A stretch of 64,000 nt of DNA from Asterias rubens (Eukaryota): contig NC_047081.1 of assembly GCF_902459465.1 (NCBI RefSeq), positions 868,001 to 932,000 on the forward strand. The letters run 5' to 3'. The notes under the pieces were generated by a model. It was not told the DNA's origin and did no database searches. It saw only the letters and a list, made by a program, of their open reading frames with translations. The translations under genes and the position numbers were made by a program. Shown here one piece after another: positions 49,101 to 61,777 of the stretch. Every line of letters starts with the position of its first letter. The stretch's first letter is position 1.

Positions 49101-51531
49101 TCCTCAATTTCACCTAAGTCACTAAAATCATGTAAGACGCTGTTTCCACAGACTTGCCCCTTTCAAAGTAATCACAAACTTCTCCAAGTATTTTGATCTT
49201 CTCTTGGATGGAAGAAGTCACAATTGTTTAATGTTTGATGAGTCTGGAAATTTACACATTCGGTTCGACCTCTAAAAGTTTGTCTGCCACAAGATCAGAC
49301 AAGTATCAGTTCTTTTTTCTTCATAAAGAACTAAGAACTTTTGGCAGGTCACACCTGGGTATGTATTGAAAGCTACCCACTTAAGGTCTTAGATTTGTGC
49401 TTAGCAGAAATTAACAGGATAACAGTCAAAAAATTGTACATGTGACATTGTTATTTGGTTGGTAACCTTATTCTGCTAAGCGTAATTTTGTTTGTGCTTG
49501 AAACAATTTAGGATTCCTGTTCAGCGTCTCTGCCAACGTGATGATGTCTCGTTGGTGCAAACTCATTTTTTTTTTGCGTTAAGGAAATGTTGGAGATAAA
49601 GTACATTCAACAAGACCGGAAACCAAATTTGTTCTCTGTCTGGCCAAGTCATCCGTCTTCAATCTTAGGACAAATTTAAAGGATTGGTAGATATATACCC
49701 TCTCAACAACAAAAAATTGAGAGAAAAATATGTTTGTCTCAAATCAAACTTTTTATAAAGTTCAAACCAGTACCGAACCAGGCAAGAAATACCTGATTGC
49801 TTATTTGGAAAGTGGCAACAGAAATAAGGATATTATAAGTTATCACACAAGTGCGAGTGGAATACGGAAGCTGAGTAAAGTATGGGACGCAGACGCGCTA
49901 TATTTTTTCGCATTTCATGAGCACGCGTGTGATAACGAATTTATCTTCCAGTCTCACTTGCAACGTGCAAAATTTAAAACTTTAGAGCGTTATTTCACGC
50001 GCACAAAGTTTAGAATGTATTTTTTGCACTGTCCGTATACGGAGCGTGACAAAATGACATTTCACAATACGTAATAAAAACAGAGGAAGTATGATATAAA
50101 ACAGAGGTCGTAGCATATATGTTTTTATCCCCCTAGTAGTTCGATCATCTGATTGGTAGATTAGCGCGTACTGGAAGATAAGAGCATTTATACACAAAAG
50201 GCGTACCTTTGTTCATTGTGTTCACTTAAAAAAGGAATGGATGGATTATTCACAGGGTGAATGTTTTTGTAAAAAACATACAACTTTGATTTCCTTCACC
50301 ATGGAGACAAAACCTATATTAAGTTCATTGTTAACTTCCTGCTTGTTCACATCCGGTCTCCCTGACCCCCAATATTCCAGGGACAACTTCTTGATCAAGG
50401 TCATCAGTTGTTTCAAATATTTTACGCAGGGCTCAATTTGACACTGGAGCGCAGGACCAGAGGCACACTGGACTCAAATTCTGCTGTTTCTGATTTGCTT
50501 GCAGGCTTAATAAGACTCAATCTGGACACATGTGACCTTAAAGGCAGTGGACACTATTGGTTATTACTCAAAATAATTATTACCATAAAACCTGAATTTG
50601 TAACGAGTAATGGGGAGAAGTTGATAGTATAAAACATTGTGAGAAACGGCTCCCTCTGAAGTGCCATAGTTTTCCAGAAAGAAGTAATTTTCAACGAATT
50701 TGATTTCAAGACCTCAGATTTAGAATTTGAGGTCTCGAAATCAACCATCTTAACGCACACAACTTCGTGTGACAAGGGTGTTTTTTCTTTCATTATTTTC
50801 TCGCAACTTCGACGACCGATTGAGCTCAAATTTTCACAGGTTTGTTATTTTACGTATATGTTGAGATACACCAAGTGAGAAGACTGGTCTTTGACAATTA
50901 CCAATAGTGTCCAGTGTCTTTAAGACACTAAACCATTGCTTCATTCCAAGGCCATAAAGCAATTGGTCCCATGTGAAGCATTAAGTATGTCAAAGAACCC
51001 AGTGCACACTAGTATCAACAAGAAAAGGGGTCTATTTCCCAGTGTTTTGGGGGATGTGGTTGGCTTCAGATTTATGCCAAAGCACCTTGTAAGCAGTTAC
51101 ATGTACATGTTGCTATGTAAATAAATCGGTTTTATATTTTGAACATAGCTCAGCATACCTTTATTAGAGAAACAAAACATCGCTTTGAGGCACCCTCGGT
51201 TATGGTAAAGCGCTATAAGATCGGCATATTATGATTTTTAAAGAAACAAGTACAAATAACCGAAGTTTGATTTACCTGGTAGGATCTCAAACAGATGTTT
51301 TCCAGGCTCATCCAGATTCTGCTGGCGCTTCTCCACCTTGTTATTCCTCAATGGGATACTCCCTAAAGGTCGAGGGTCATCCTCTCTCAGAGAGTAGTGT
51401 ATGTAGTCTCCTTTCAAGACAAAGAATCGTCGTTGCCAAGTCTTGAACGGCCCACCTTGCTTCTTCAACCATCCCTTGTGGATTGTGCCGTCACGGGTCC
51501 GATCGTTCATCCTTCGATGCGGGTAACTCTC
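46104..51531 (-). CDS. ARHGAP24-like: Rho GTPase-activating protein, ARHGAP22/24/25 family (complete PH + RhoGAP + coiled coil), paralog B
   Basis: Exons on -: 51531-51276 (in-frame ATG at 51510; GWLKKQGGPFKTWQRRFFVL), 48822-48697 (TFILWASSIQEADEWVQVIRRAI), 48005-47873 (GIFGQSL...EEGIFR), 47553-46371 (LPGRVSLIKELQERFDCGEKPDF...NKMGMLNLATVFGPN), 46190-46104 (ESGRKAAEERNKQLLKQLNAFINEYGPK*). 587 aa from the 51510 ATG. Confidence 0.94.
50538..50923. mobile_element. TTAA-bounded MITE, family A (opposite orientation)
   Basis: TTAAAGGCAGTGGACACTATTGG ... CCAATAGTGTCCAGTGTCTTTAA; body is the reverse complement of 44492. Confidence 0.88.
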
Positions 51532-52201
51532 CTAAAAAAAATTTAAAAAATATTAATAATAATATAAAAATTGAGGGTGCTCTTCAGCCTCAGTGCATGG
51601 GCAGCCTTGCTACCAAGGGCAGCGCGTCGTATTGATACCGCTCGTCACAAACACCTGAAAAAGAACGCTGATCAGCTCACCAAAAGTGACTGCTTTGCGC
51701 ACACACTTTAAAAAAATCTTCTTTCAAACCCAAATTATTTATACATTATACCATAACATAAAGTCAAGCTAGCTGTATCAAATCAGATGACCAGTAACTG
51801 GTAATCCTTTTAAGATCTCGTGCAACTGGGCACAAGTCAGGACTGTACACACTATTTCATGTCCAGCTTCTATCGTTTCAAAGTTCACTGAAACATTCCA
51901 CACGAAACTGCCAGACAAAATCTCAGTCTAACATAATCCCAAAGAGCTTGAGTTACAATCCTTCATTTCCAAATTCCCTAAAACATTCCACACTAACTGC
52001 GCTCAGTCCAACACAACCCAAAGACTGGACAAGCGCACGAGTCAGAACTAACTGTCTGTGACCCTGACTCGTGTTATCCACATAATATGATGTACAAAGT
52101 GGTTTTCAACTCATGACCTTCTGCTACTGTGGACAGGAAGAGGTATTTCTTTCTAGGGTTGGTCCAAGAATAGCTCACAAGTCATCAATCTACTTCTACT
52201 T

Positions 52202-52528
52202 TTAAAGGCACTGGACACGTTCGGTAGTTACTAAAATTAGCACAAAAACTTACTTTGTAATGAGCAACGGAGAGCTGTTAGTAGTATACAACATTGTGAG
52301 AAATGGCTCCCTCTGAAGTAACAAAGTTTTTGAGAAAGAGGTAGTTTCTCACTATAATATTAGAATCTGACTGAAAACACACCAACTTTTTCATAAAGAA
52401 TTTTTCTTGCAACTTCGATGACCAATTTAGCCCAAATTTTCACAGATTTTTGATTTGATGCATAGGCCCTATAGTTAGGACACGTACACTGGTCTTCAAC
52501 AATTACCAAATTTGTCCAGTGCCTTTAA
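52202..52528. mobile_element. TTAA-bounded MITE, diverged family A copy
   Basis: TTAAAGGCACTGGACAC ... GTCCAGTGCCTTTAA. Confidence 0.8.
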
Positions 52529-53652
52529 AACAAAGAGTTTCAATCTAACTTCACTTGGTTAGAAGAGCTCAGCTTTCAATAGTGTAAGTAATTTGAGAAT
52601 CATTTCACCTAAAAGTAATGTGTAAGTAACCAGTTTCTATTCACCAAAGTTTGATTCTGAGGTCAGATACAATTATCAGATTGTTTTCCAATTACAGTTT
52701 ATTCTTCCTGCATGGTTAAAACCGCTCCAGATTTTGGCAATATCTCAAATAAATAAGCTACCATCTTTTGAAATGAAATTTTCACAGCTTAGTTTGATTG
52801 TATTATATCTACATTTACATGTATACTATGTAATTAAAACAATCGAGTGTTTCCAAATACCAAAGGTTATGTATACTTTGGCCTTTAAAATAAATGTTGA
52901 TCGATTACACATGTAGATTACAAAATAGTTCAGTTCTGACCAGCCTACTCAAATCATTACCAACAGTAGGATGTTTGCGCTACAAAGTGTAAACGAACAA
53001 TCCTTGAACCTTTGAAAAGAAACCGATCAGAAATTAACCCTCATTGCCTCTTTATTAATCCAATTTCCTTTTATCAAGATGGAACGAAGGCTAATTTTAG
53101 CTCCACAGTCAACGTCAGAAAAAGTCTTTGTAAAAGAAATGTGTCATTGAGATCATCAATAATCATCTACCGCAAACCAAACACACATCTATGTGATCTT
53201 GAGTTTAATCTTAGCCTTAGGTTTTAAAAGTAGGATCTAGGAATGCAGAGTTCAAATTTGCTTTCTTTGCCAAATGCAAGTTAAAACGCACAAGGGCAAG
53301 TCAAGATTCACTCCAAGTGGTCCGGCTGGCTAGTTCAGTTTGAAAATCAAATACAACATTTTAAAATACAAAATATAAACGATTAAGCTACATGTAATAT
53401 GCGCCCAATTTCATGGAACTGCAGTTAAAAGCGGAAACAAGTTAGCAAAGCACAATTAACAGTAATGCTTTCCAAAATAAGGTTACCAAACTACATGCAA
53501 TATCATACAATTTGTTGCTGTTCCCTGACTAGTTTTGCTTAGCAGAAAAATGTCAAGCAATAGGTTATGCCTAAGCGGCTCTTTGAAATTGGGCCCTGTT
53601 TCAAGTGGCAAGTCACTGAAAAAGTTCGCAAAAACCACTGGTTGAAGCATAC

Positions 53653-53805
53653 CATGTAGGACGACCTCGAGATAGACCTCCAGATACAAGGAATTTGCAC
53701 ATTCATGACAAGACGCTGATGATAAAGTAAGCAATTGTCTCCCAATTGATGGATATCATCGGTGACTGATGAGGCAGATGGTGAAGGGCTGTCCGCAGTC
53801 GCTAC
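53653..53805 (-). CDS. Candidate symmetric (phase 0-0) 153-nt exon of RhoGAP paralog B
   Basis: aataacag|GTAGCGACT...TACATG|gtatgc; 51 codons with no stop; in frame between the 56517 and 51531 exons. Confidence 0.45.
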
Positions 53806-55708
53806 CTGTTATTTTTCCCTTGACAAACAGAGTCTAAAAATGACCTGTGTCTTGTCATCTGCTGTCATTATCCAAAGGATGATCCCCCCCTCAACTGTTC
53901 ACTAGGGACTGAATACAATAAAGTAACACCCACAAAGTTGTACATAGGTTTGAGTGGTTAATTGACCATGATGGGGAAATTCCCTAAACAGTCCAAGAGA
54001 CTTGCCCTTTCAGGGGCGGTCCAGGGGTAACCCCTTAAAACTTTTGTTCCCTCTAAATTCTGAACATCCCTCTAAGTTCTGAACTTTCTTTCCTTGCAAG
54101 TTCCATGTATGTTCCTTGGCTAGCAGTCAAAGTCTCTGCTCTCCACGTCCTTAAAGTTTGTGTGGTTACAAGCAAGTTCTAAATTCAATATAGCTGCTTA
54201 AGCACAAAAACCAGCTTAGCACAACCAAAATCTGCTAACCAGAAAAAGGTTACCAGCTTAAATAACATTTCACATGCAGCATCTGTGACTGGTATCCCGC
54301 TTATTGTTACTGAGCAAAATTGTTTTAAGCAACGCTTGCTGCCTTTTAAAAAAAAGCTATGAAATTTGGGCATGGGCTAAAATTTAGCTGGGGAAACACA
54401 AATTACGCTAACCCGAATAAGGTTACCACTGAACATGACACTGATATCCTGTTCACTTTTGCTAAGCAGGAACTTATTGTAAAGCAATAGGCCTACATCA
54501 GCCCAAAAGGAACTTGAAAACATTGAATACATGTGTTTCTCTCTTTTAAAAGTGCCAAACATTAGAAGTCACAGCCTTCATTTCATCCTTTGAAGATCAG
54601 ATTCAGGCGTGTCACTTATGGCCTGGCTTGAGGCAAACTGGACCAAGTCAAACATTTCTCAATACATACTTCACTGTGTGTGACTTAAGTAATGCATGGT
54701 ACATGTTATGTCTCGGCAAATAACTTGTCGTATTATTTCATTTCCTCCACTTATCACAAATTTTGAGAAAATTGCCTCAGGCAAAACTGAAAGGAAATGT
54801 AGTCTTTCCTGGGTTGATCACACTTCATTTCTCAAATGTGTTGTTCTTGCACTTTACAATACATGGTATACACACCAAGGGAGTGTGTGTAACATTTTCT
54901 ATGAGTGTCTTTAAGTACATGTAATGTGGTTATAAATGAAAAAAGATGAGTTTTTATCCCCAAAATTAAAATCTGAAAATGTGCATCCTAATTACAGATT
55001 ATTCTTCCTGTGTGGACATAACCGCCCCGGTGTATCTCAAAAACGCGACCACCTTATGAAATGAAGTTTTCATAGATTTATTGTTTGAAGGATTCAAACA
55101 ATAGAACGGTTAAAAAAAAAAAATGAATACATACTTTCCCTTTAAGGAACTGTGCCTTAAGCCCTTTTGAGATACGGTGGACAAATAATACAACACTCAT
55201 TAGCTTGGGGTTAATTTTTTTAACTGAATGGTGCACTCCTACATTGTCCGCTCTCATAAAGGCTCATGGTGTCCGCCATAGCTCAAACAGGATAATTAGG
55301 TTCATGCATTTGACCTTTTACAATACTCTTGCACTGTACTTGGGAATGAGTCCGACACCATTTTGCTAAGTTCATGAGTCATATCCTTGACGTGCAGTTA
55401 CATTCATCGACACATGTTCACTAACGACTACATGAGCTGATGCAAACTGCCACATTTTATGAGCAGCCACAGTTGAACTTTTTAAAACGTTCGAAACCGA
55501 CCTCAATAACATAAATGCATCAAACATTTTGCCAAGTTTTTAAGTGATCTATGTTTTCATGTAACAGGACTCGAATTTGGGGGAATTTCCAAAAGACTGC
55601 AAGGCTTGTAACTCAAAACTTTTAGTGGAACACAGAATTGGTTATAAGACGAGAATCAAAATTAGAAGAACACATCTCCACAGTGTCATGTTCGGGCTCT
55701 TTTTGGAC

Positions 55709-56110
55709 AATAATAATAATAATAACCGTATTTATAACGCGCCTTTTTCCAAAGGATACAAAGCGCCAGGTATTATTACTGCAAGGAGTGGGGTAAATTT
55801 TTGAGATATAAGACCTAATCCTTAAGCACCATGTGGTTTACAAGGTGCTGTGGCGCAATATGCTGCCAATCCAGCCAGGAACACCGGGGCGAACCCCTTC
55901 TCTTTTCGATAAGTGCACTGGGTTCTTTTACATGCGTTTTACACTTAACACATGGGACCAACGGCTTTACGTCCCATCCGAAGGACGAAGCAATGGTTAT
56001 GTGTATTGCTTAAGGACACAAGTGTCACGGCTGGGGAATCGAACCCACACTCTGCTGATCAGAAACACCAGAGTTTGAATTCGGTGCTCTTAACCGCTCG
56101 GCCACGACAC
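55709..56110 (-). mobile_element. tRNA-derived SINE, full length
   Basis: On -: head GTGTCGTGGCCGAGCGGTTAAG (A box), GGTTCGATTCCC (B box), body, then (ATT)n tail at 55709-55725; an 11-bp tandem repeat abuts the head. Confidence 0.85.
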
Positions 56111-56516
56111 TCCCACGACACTCCCACGACACTCCCACGACAAGCACTAGTAGAAGATTTATCTCATTTTTCTAATGGGTAATACATTGTACTTCAAATT
56201 TCAAAGGTATTTGTATTCGTCAGTCTTAATTTAAAAAGCAGTGAGGTGTTATTATTCACGAACACAAGACCAGCGAACTTGTACAGTCAAAAGTTTACTG
56301 GCCCAATGCTAAAATCTCGGGCCTGTGGTCCAGTGTTAATTTTGAGCTATGTGTAGTACATGCAAACTGGTAATTGCTACCTACAATGCATGCCATCCGG
56401 TGTCCCAACAGACACCCTAACCAAAAACCCACCTTATGCCTACGAGAATTTCGCAAGTGGTGCCCATGCCTGAGTTGAGGCGGTAACCCTAGGCTGGACA
56501 ACGTCATACTGCGTAC

Positions 56517-56687
56517 CTTGGTCTGTATATTACAGGTCTCATCGCTGCGTTGACGCCGATGGGTGTATTTGGCTCTCGGTGCCTTGGTAGTGCGATCCAT
56601 GTCGGAGATGTAGCTCTCTGTCAAATGTCCCTTGTAAAAACCACGTCGGGACGAAGACTTTCTTGTAATCATCACGTGTTGATTCAT
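56517..56687 (-). CDS. Candidate first coding exon of RhoGAP paralog B (MNQHVMITRK...TCNIQTK)
   Basis: ATG plus 57 open codons ending at a phase-0 donor (AAG|gtacgc), compatible with the phase-0 acceptor at 51531; CpG-rich context. No homology evidence. Confidence 0.55.
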
Positions 56688-57140
56688 CTCATTAACCCCC
56701 CACCGAAGGAATGAGTCGGCCGCACAGCGGAAGTTTCAATCAACTGCCTCTCTGCTACCTCCCCCCCTCTCTGTCCCGGGGACTATCTTGGCTATTTTAG
56801 GGGTTCTTATGCACTGCTTTAATGAAGGGCTTCCCAATCTCCAAGAGGGACGGCTAAAAAAATTACTCTGCGGCTCAGCTAACGTAAAGGAACACCAACT
56901 TGCCGGTCAACAAAGTTTTAAGAACAGGAGCAGAATTCCGACTTCGGAAACTTCAATCAGTGTGGTACTTCCAGTTTCTTAGTTAGAAAAGATTTGAAAA
57001 AGTGTTTTTGGGGGTACAAATCAGTACCTCCATGTCTGAAAACTTTTCAGTAACTCCGGGTTTTTATATCCACAGAGGAGAAACGACCCTTACTTCTCGG
57101 AAGGTTGTCATCTTTGAAATTAATAAACTGACGTCAAAGG
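56688..57140 (-). promoter_or_regulatory. Probable promoter region of RhoGAP paralog B
   Basis: GC/CpG-richer stretch directly upstream of the candidate ATG exon; ETS-like CGGAAG near 56728; CRE TGACGTCA at 57129-57136. Confidence 0.35.
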
Positions 57141-57369
57141 AAAGCCAACAAGCACGAGATGTTGACAAAGCTTGAGAGCTTAAAGACTAAGAGCCAAGGT
57201 GAAGAAGCCCTCGATGATTGCTGGGAGGAACTCCACCAGGTGTCTGTGACCGTCATAGTTTGACGACCTCCAGACAAAGATGGCCTCTCTGTCATTCCAA
57301 AGGTAAGTGTTTAAGTAGGACTTGAAACTTGGTGGAAGTGTAAGATGAGGTTTGCGGTATGCACCATGT

Positions 57370-57462
57370 GTAAATCTCTTTTGAGTAGTGGTGGTTATGA
57401 AAAGAACTGGTGGTTGACAACTCAACGTTTCGATCAATATGCTCTGATTGTTTTCAGGAGGA
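57370..57462 (-). mobile_element. Penelope-like terminal remnant with a degenerate minimal hammerhead motif
   Basis: On -: CTC-CTGAAAA-CAATCAGAGCATATTGATC-GAAACGTT-GAG plus the shared body. Confidence 0.55.
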
Positions 57463-58877
57463 TGCTTTCAAGACTCTGTTGCTGGATGCTGCTTAAGTAC
57501 TGCCTTGGAGATTAACTAAGAGTTTTGGAAAACAGTTACCATAAGTAGGCACCATGACTTTGTAGCTCAGTTGAATTCAATTTAACTCCTTGCATGTTGT
57601 GTGGTCATGAACTTGTATACAGTACATCGGCACATAATCCATTTTAAGATCCACTCCTCTTCAGGGTTAAAATCATGATGGCAGTGCAAACATGGGAAGG
57701 GCAAGTACATGTTTTCCATATGTATTAAGAAGGAAATACATAATGTATTCACTCTAGGATCTTTCCACATAAACAACTTCACAGTGTTTTTATATAAGAA
57801 ATTTTATCCACTTCCTCTTTGGCTCTGTTTACTCAGAACACAATGTCATAAAAGTGACTTACATACGTACCCCATGTAACTCATGAATCCTGGATAGCAA
57901 CACAGAAGAAAATGCAATACAACGGTCCATAGAAGGCCAAGTACAATACAAATGTTCATATTACAAATACATCATACAGCCAGCTCAAACTGTGACTTTT
58001 ATAAGCACTTTCAGTTTCTGTGTTCTTTTTGTCTTGGTTTGAATGCTTTTGACCAGTGTTTATGACGCATTCCCTGTGCGCATCAACTTGCTGGTTAATA
58101 CATGACCAGAGGAAGGAAATAACATCTACGTGCATGAAGTATTACTGAGTGTTTATTTAGGAATATTACACCAGTTGGAATATCATTTGACTGGATTATC
58201 CAAGGTAAAATTGACCTTGACTTTGATGTGACTGGAAACGACTGAAAGTCAATGCTGAACACTGGCAAAAACCCATGGCCTCGAAATAAACCCACGGCAT
58301 CCACAGCAGTTGCCATGGTGCCATGTGCTTTTGCTAAGGCGCCCTCTGCAAAACTCGAATACAATTTAAATGTTTAAGAACGAAATTCAAGGGATGCATG
58401 CAAACATAAATTCTACAGTGATGTTATAACCCTAGCCTCTGGGCTTGGTGAGTTGTGTAGGATCCTCTCTGTTGTATTTGATGCGCAAAAACTAATTGAT
58501 ATAAGTTTTATAGTGTGCCTACAATGTGGTAGTTATTGTTCTTCTTGTAATTCTTACTTTAAATTGATTTGAATATCTAACCTACATGTACAAATATGTA
58601 AGCTAAGTTATTAGTCAGCTAAACAGAAATTATGTACAGTAACACTACGAGGGAACTTGCCAATTTAAATCTTCAGTCACTTACCTATTAAAATATAAGC
58701 AATAAACTCTTCTAGCGCTTACAAGCTATTCACAGTTAGTCTAGTTAGTGTTGTTGTTCTTCTTCTTTCTTATTCAACTATGCTTAAAATACACTCACTT
58801 AACGACCCACAGTCAACTTAACAGAAATGTACAGGTGAACATTAAAGTCCTTAGCTATTACCTTTTGCATAAGCCAT

Positions 58878-59064
58878 CAGGGCTCAACTTCATAAAGCAT
58901 GTAAGCATAAAAACTTGCAAAGCAAAGAAAAGTATGGCTTTAAAACTGCCAAAATTAGACTAAGATTACACTATTGTATGGAGCCCCACTCAATTCTTTC
59001 TCAGCAAAGAAATTTGTCAAACAGTTTTTCTGCTTTTAAAACAGCTACATGAATTTGGGCCCAG
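58878..59064. mobile_element. MITE family B
   Basis: CAGGGCTCAACTTCATAAAGC ... CAGCTACATGAATTTGGGCCC. Further decayed copies near 13.9, 18.7, 22.6, 44.3, 49.4, 53.5 and 54.3 kb. Confidence 0.75.
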
Positions 59065-60610
59065 CCCATTATGTCTAGTTATTGTTCTTCTTCTTTTCCT
59101 TAAATTTAAATAGTAATAATAGCCTACCTCCTGTGTAAAACCAGTTCACAGTCAGCTAATCAGACAACAGAAAGCACTGCGAATCAGCTAGTCCAGAAAC
59201 ATGGCCTTTTGTCATCCTCAATTTACCTTCATGTACACAACAAAAACCAAGACAATAATGAGTCCATCAATGGTAAAAAGGTGTTTTGTCCAAATTTCCT
59301 GAAAATACTTGGTGTCCAAATTGTTCACTTACAACATATTACAAGAAAATTGCAGATAAAACAGGGTGTCCGAAAGACAACAGACAACCCACTTGCTAAC
59401 ACAATGCCACCAAAATCATCCAGCTTTGAAATGTTTGGTGAATTGGAACGTTACCAATAATGCATTTCACAATGTATGCCACTACGACAAAAGGAAATGA
59501 ATCAAGCTTTCAGGAAGTGCTTTTCTTTTTTAACAGGAAACCGATCTTCGTTTTTTCCCTTCTACCCTGGGTAAATATGGGGAATTCAGAAACAATTCCT
59601 TATGTTTACTTGCATACGTGCCAAATTGAATTAAAGCTTTACTGCCGTTACTTTTGAGCGAAAATTCCGAAGTAGAAGAAAAAAAACATCGTCATGTGAA
59701 GATGTAAAGAGAATAATTTGTGACCATTGTTTGATATTTTATTCTCGTAAGGGCAAGGCAACTTTTCCCTTAGTAGAGGGCACCAACAGAAAAATGAATC
59801 TTACTTGAACATTTAAAGGGGTACCAAGAGGGCAATGACCAGGGGCATGTAGGCAAAAATTACCTTGGTTGCCTCCATGAAGAATTGACTCAGCTTATTT
59901 ATGTGAAGATTCAACGATAGGATTAAACATAAACAAAAGTACAATTAAAACACTGACTGGCTTTTTAAAACAGTTGTCGTTGTCATTCATCTTGACTAGA
60001 CAATATTTTTTGTCTTCAAATTCTTTCTTGAAAACTTTCACTTTACTTTTGCTTTATTATTACAATATTATTTACACATTTTGAAATATAGTGATAAAAT
60101 AGTCTTAGAATTAGCGGTTGCAAACTGCTTACTAACCAAGAGGACCATGGTCAGGGTCCAGGGATGATAAATGCAAAAAGTAGTGTTATAATGGCCTGAC
60201 TCAGCCTGTCCCTAGCAGAGTCTTTCTTGTTATATTGAACTTCTGCATTCTGAAGTTTAAAAAAGGCCTTCTCCGAGAAAGACTCCACAGCAGAATGCTA
60301 CCGACTCAGTGCTAGGGTCAAATCGTCAGGCCATTAACAAATTTTTGTAATACAATAGTGCATAAAATAAGTATTTAGTTAAATTATTATGTAATTAATT
60401 TTAATTCCTAATTAACTTACTACTATAAGTAGGCTACTATAAGTTTTTGTAAAAATTGTGAAAAAGTGGTTGCAGAATACGGAAATCTTCCCGACACATT
60501 TGCTTAATTTGTTTTCGTTTTGGTTAGATTTTGACTTCCTTGTTTGTATTGTAACATTAAATTCCCATTCAGACCGCAGATTGTTACACAACCCCCCTGA
60601 CTGATGGGAC

Positions 60611-61079
60611 CGGTCCTACTACTTGCCGTCAACTCGCCGACTTGCCGTCAACTCGCCGTCAAATCATTTTCGTGCCGTCAACTCATTAAATTTACTTGAA
60701 CAATTTATAAATGGGGCACGGAAGTGTTAAGTCTGGGCTAAACTACATATTTCTCATGGTTTTCGGTACAAATTCATTCACAAAAACGACTTTGTGTTGA
60801 TAAAAAAAGTACCAATCATTGACATCTTGGGCCAAGATTAATCCATATGAAAAAGCAAGATGGCGGCCGACGGTTTTGCTGCTTCGAGATAATTTTTTCA
60901 CAAGAAAAAAAACTCAATTTTTATTCCGAAATATGACCTAAAACTTACGCAAATTCTCTTTTAGCTGATACGTCACCGTTCTATGCTTCTTTTGTGGATT
61001 TTAAATGTATATTGGAGGAGTTGACGGCGAGTTGACGGCACAAGTAAGTTGACGGCGAGTTGACGGCAAGGTAGGACCC
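60611..61079. mobile_element. Non-autonomous hAT-like MITE with 8-bp TSD
   Basis: Termini CGGTCCTAC / GTAGGACCC; subterminal GCCGTCAACTC arrays in inverted orientation; TSD GATGGGAC at 60603-60610 and 61080-61087. Confidence 0.88.
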
Positions 61080-61123
61080 GATGGGACAACACACTGAAGT
61101 CCGGCCAGCAGTGCAGTGTGGGA

Positions 61124-61777
61124 GGGTCCTACTAAAAGCCGACAACTCGCCGACAGCGCCGACAACAAGTCCAGAGCGCCGACAACTCGCCGCCAACAAG
61201 TTTTAATTACCTTGAAAATTGCCAATATACCATAGATGTATTAGAACTATATGTGTTTTGTAATATAAACATAAATTTAATGGAAAAACTTCACAAAAAG
61301 TGTGAATAACCAGAAAAAAAACTGAACGTTCACGGAAAACGGTCGGACGCCATCTTGGCTTAAAATCGTGTTCGGACCAGTCCATTATGATGCGGGTGAG
61401 TCAGACTTAGCAATAGAGGGCGGGCGTCATGCACTGTGCATACTGCAGTGAAGGTCTTCACATGAAGCCCGCCCTCTGTTGTTGACAAGTGCTAAATCTA
61501 CCCGTATCATAATGGTCTGGTCCAAACACGGTTTTTAAGCCAAGATGGCGTCCGACCGCTTTTCGTGCAAGTGAAGTTTTATTCTGGTTAAAAATTCACA
61601 CTTTTTGTTAAGTTTTTCCATTAACTTTATGTTTATATTACAGAACACATATAGTTCTAATACATCTATGGTTTATTGGCCATTTTTGAGGTAATTAAAA
61701 CTTGTTGGCGGCGAGTTGTCGGCGCTCTGGACTTGTTGTCGGCGTTGTCGGCGAGTTGTCGGCTTTTAGTAGGACCG
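61124..61777. mobile_element. Palindromic (foldback) hAT-like MITE with 8-bp TSD
   Basis: Termini GGGTCCTAC / GTAGGACCG; inverted arms of about 310 bp; subterminal GCCGACAACTC repeats; TSD GTGTGGGA at 61116-61123 and 61778-61785. Confidence 0.92.

Noticed and set aside
49730-50074. 114-aa ORF in a RhoGAP B intron
   Set aside because: No domain signature; lies in a CpG-rich stretch that looks like a non-autonomous element.
56020-56110. tRNA gene
   Set aside because: A and B boxes are present but continue into a SINE body and (ATT)n tail; no proper acceptor stem.
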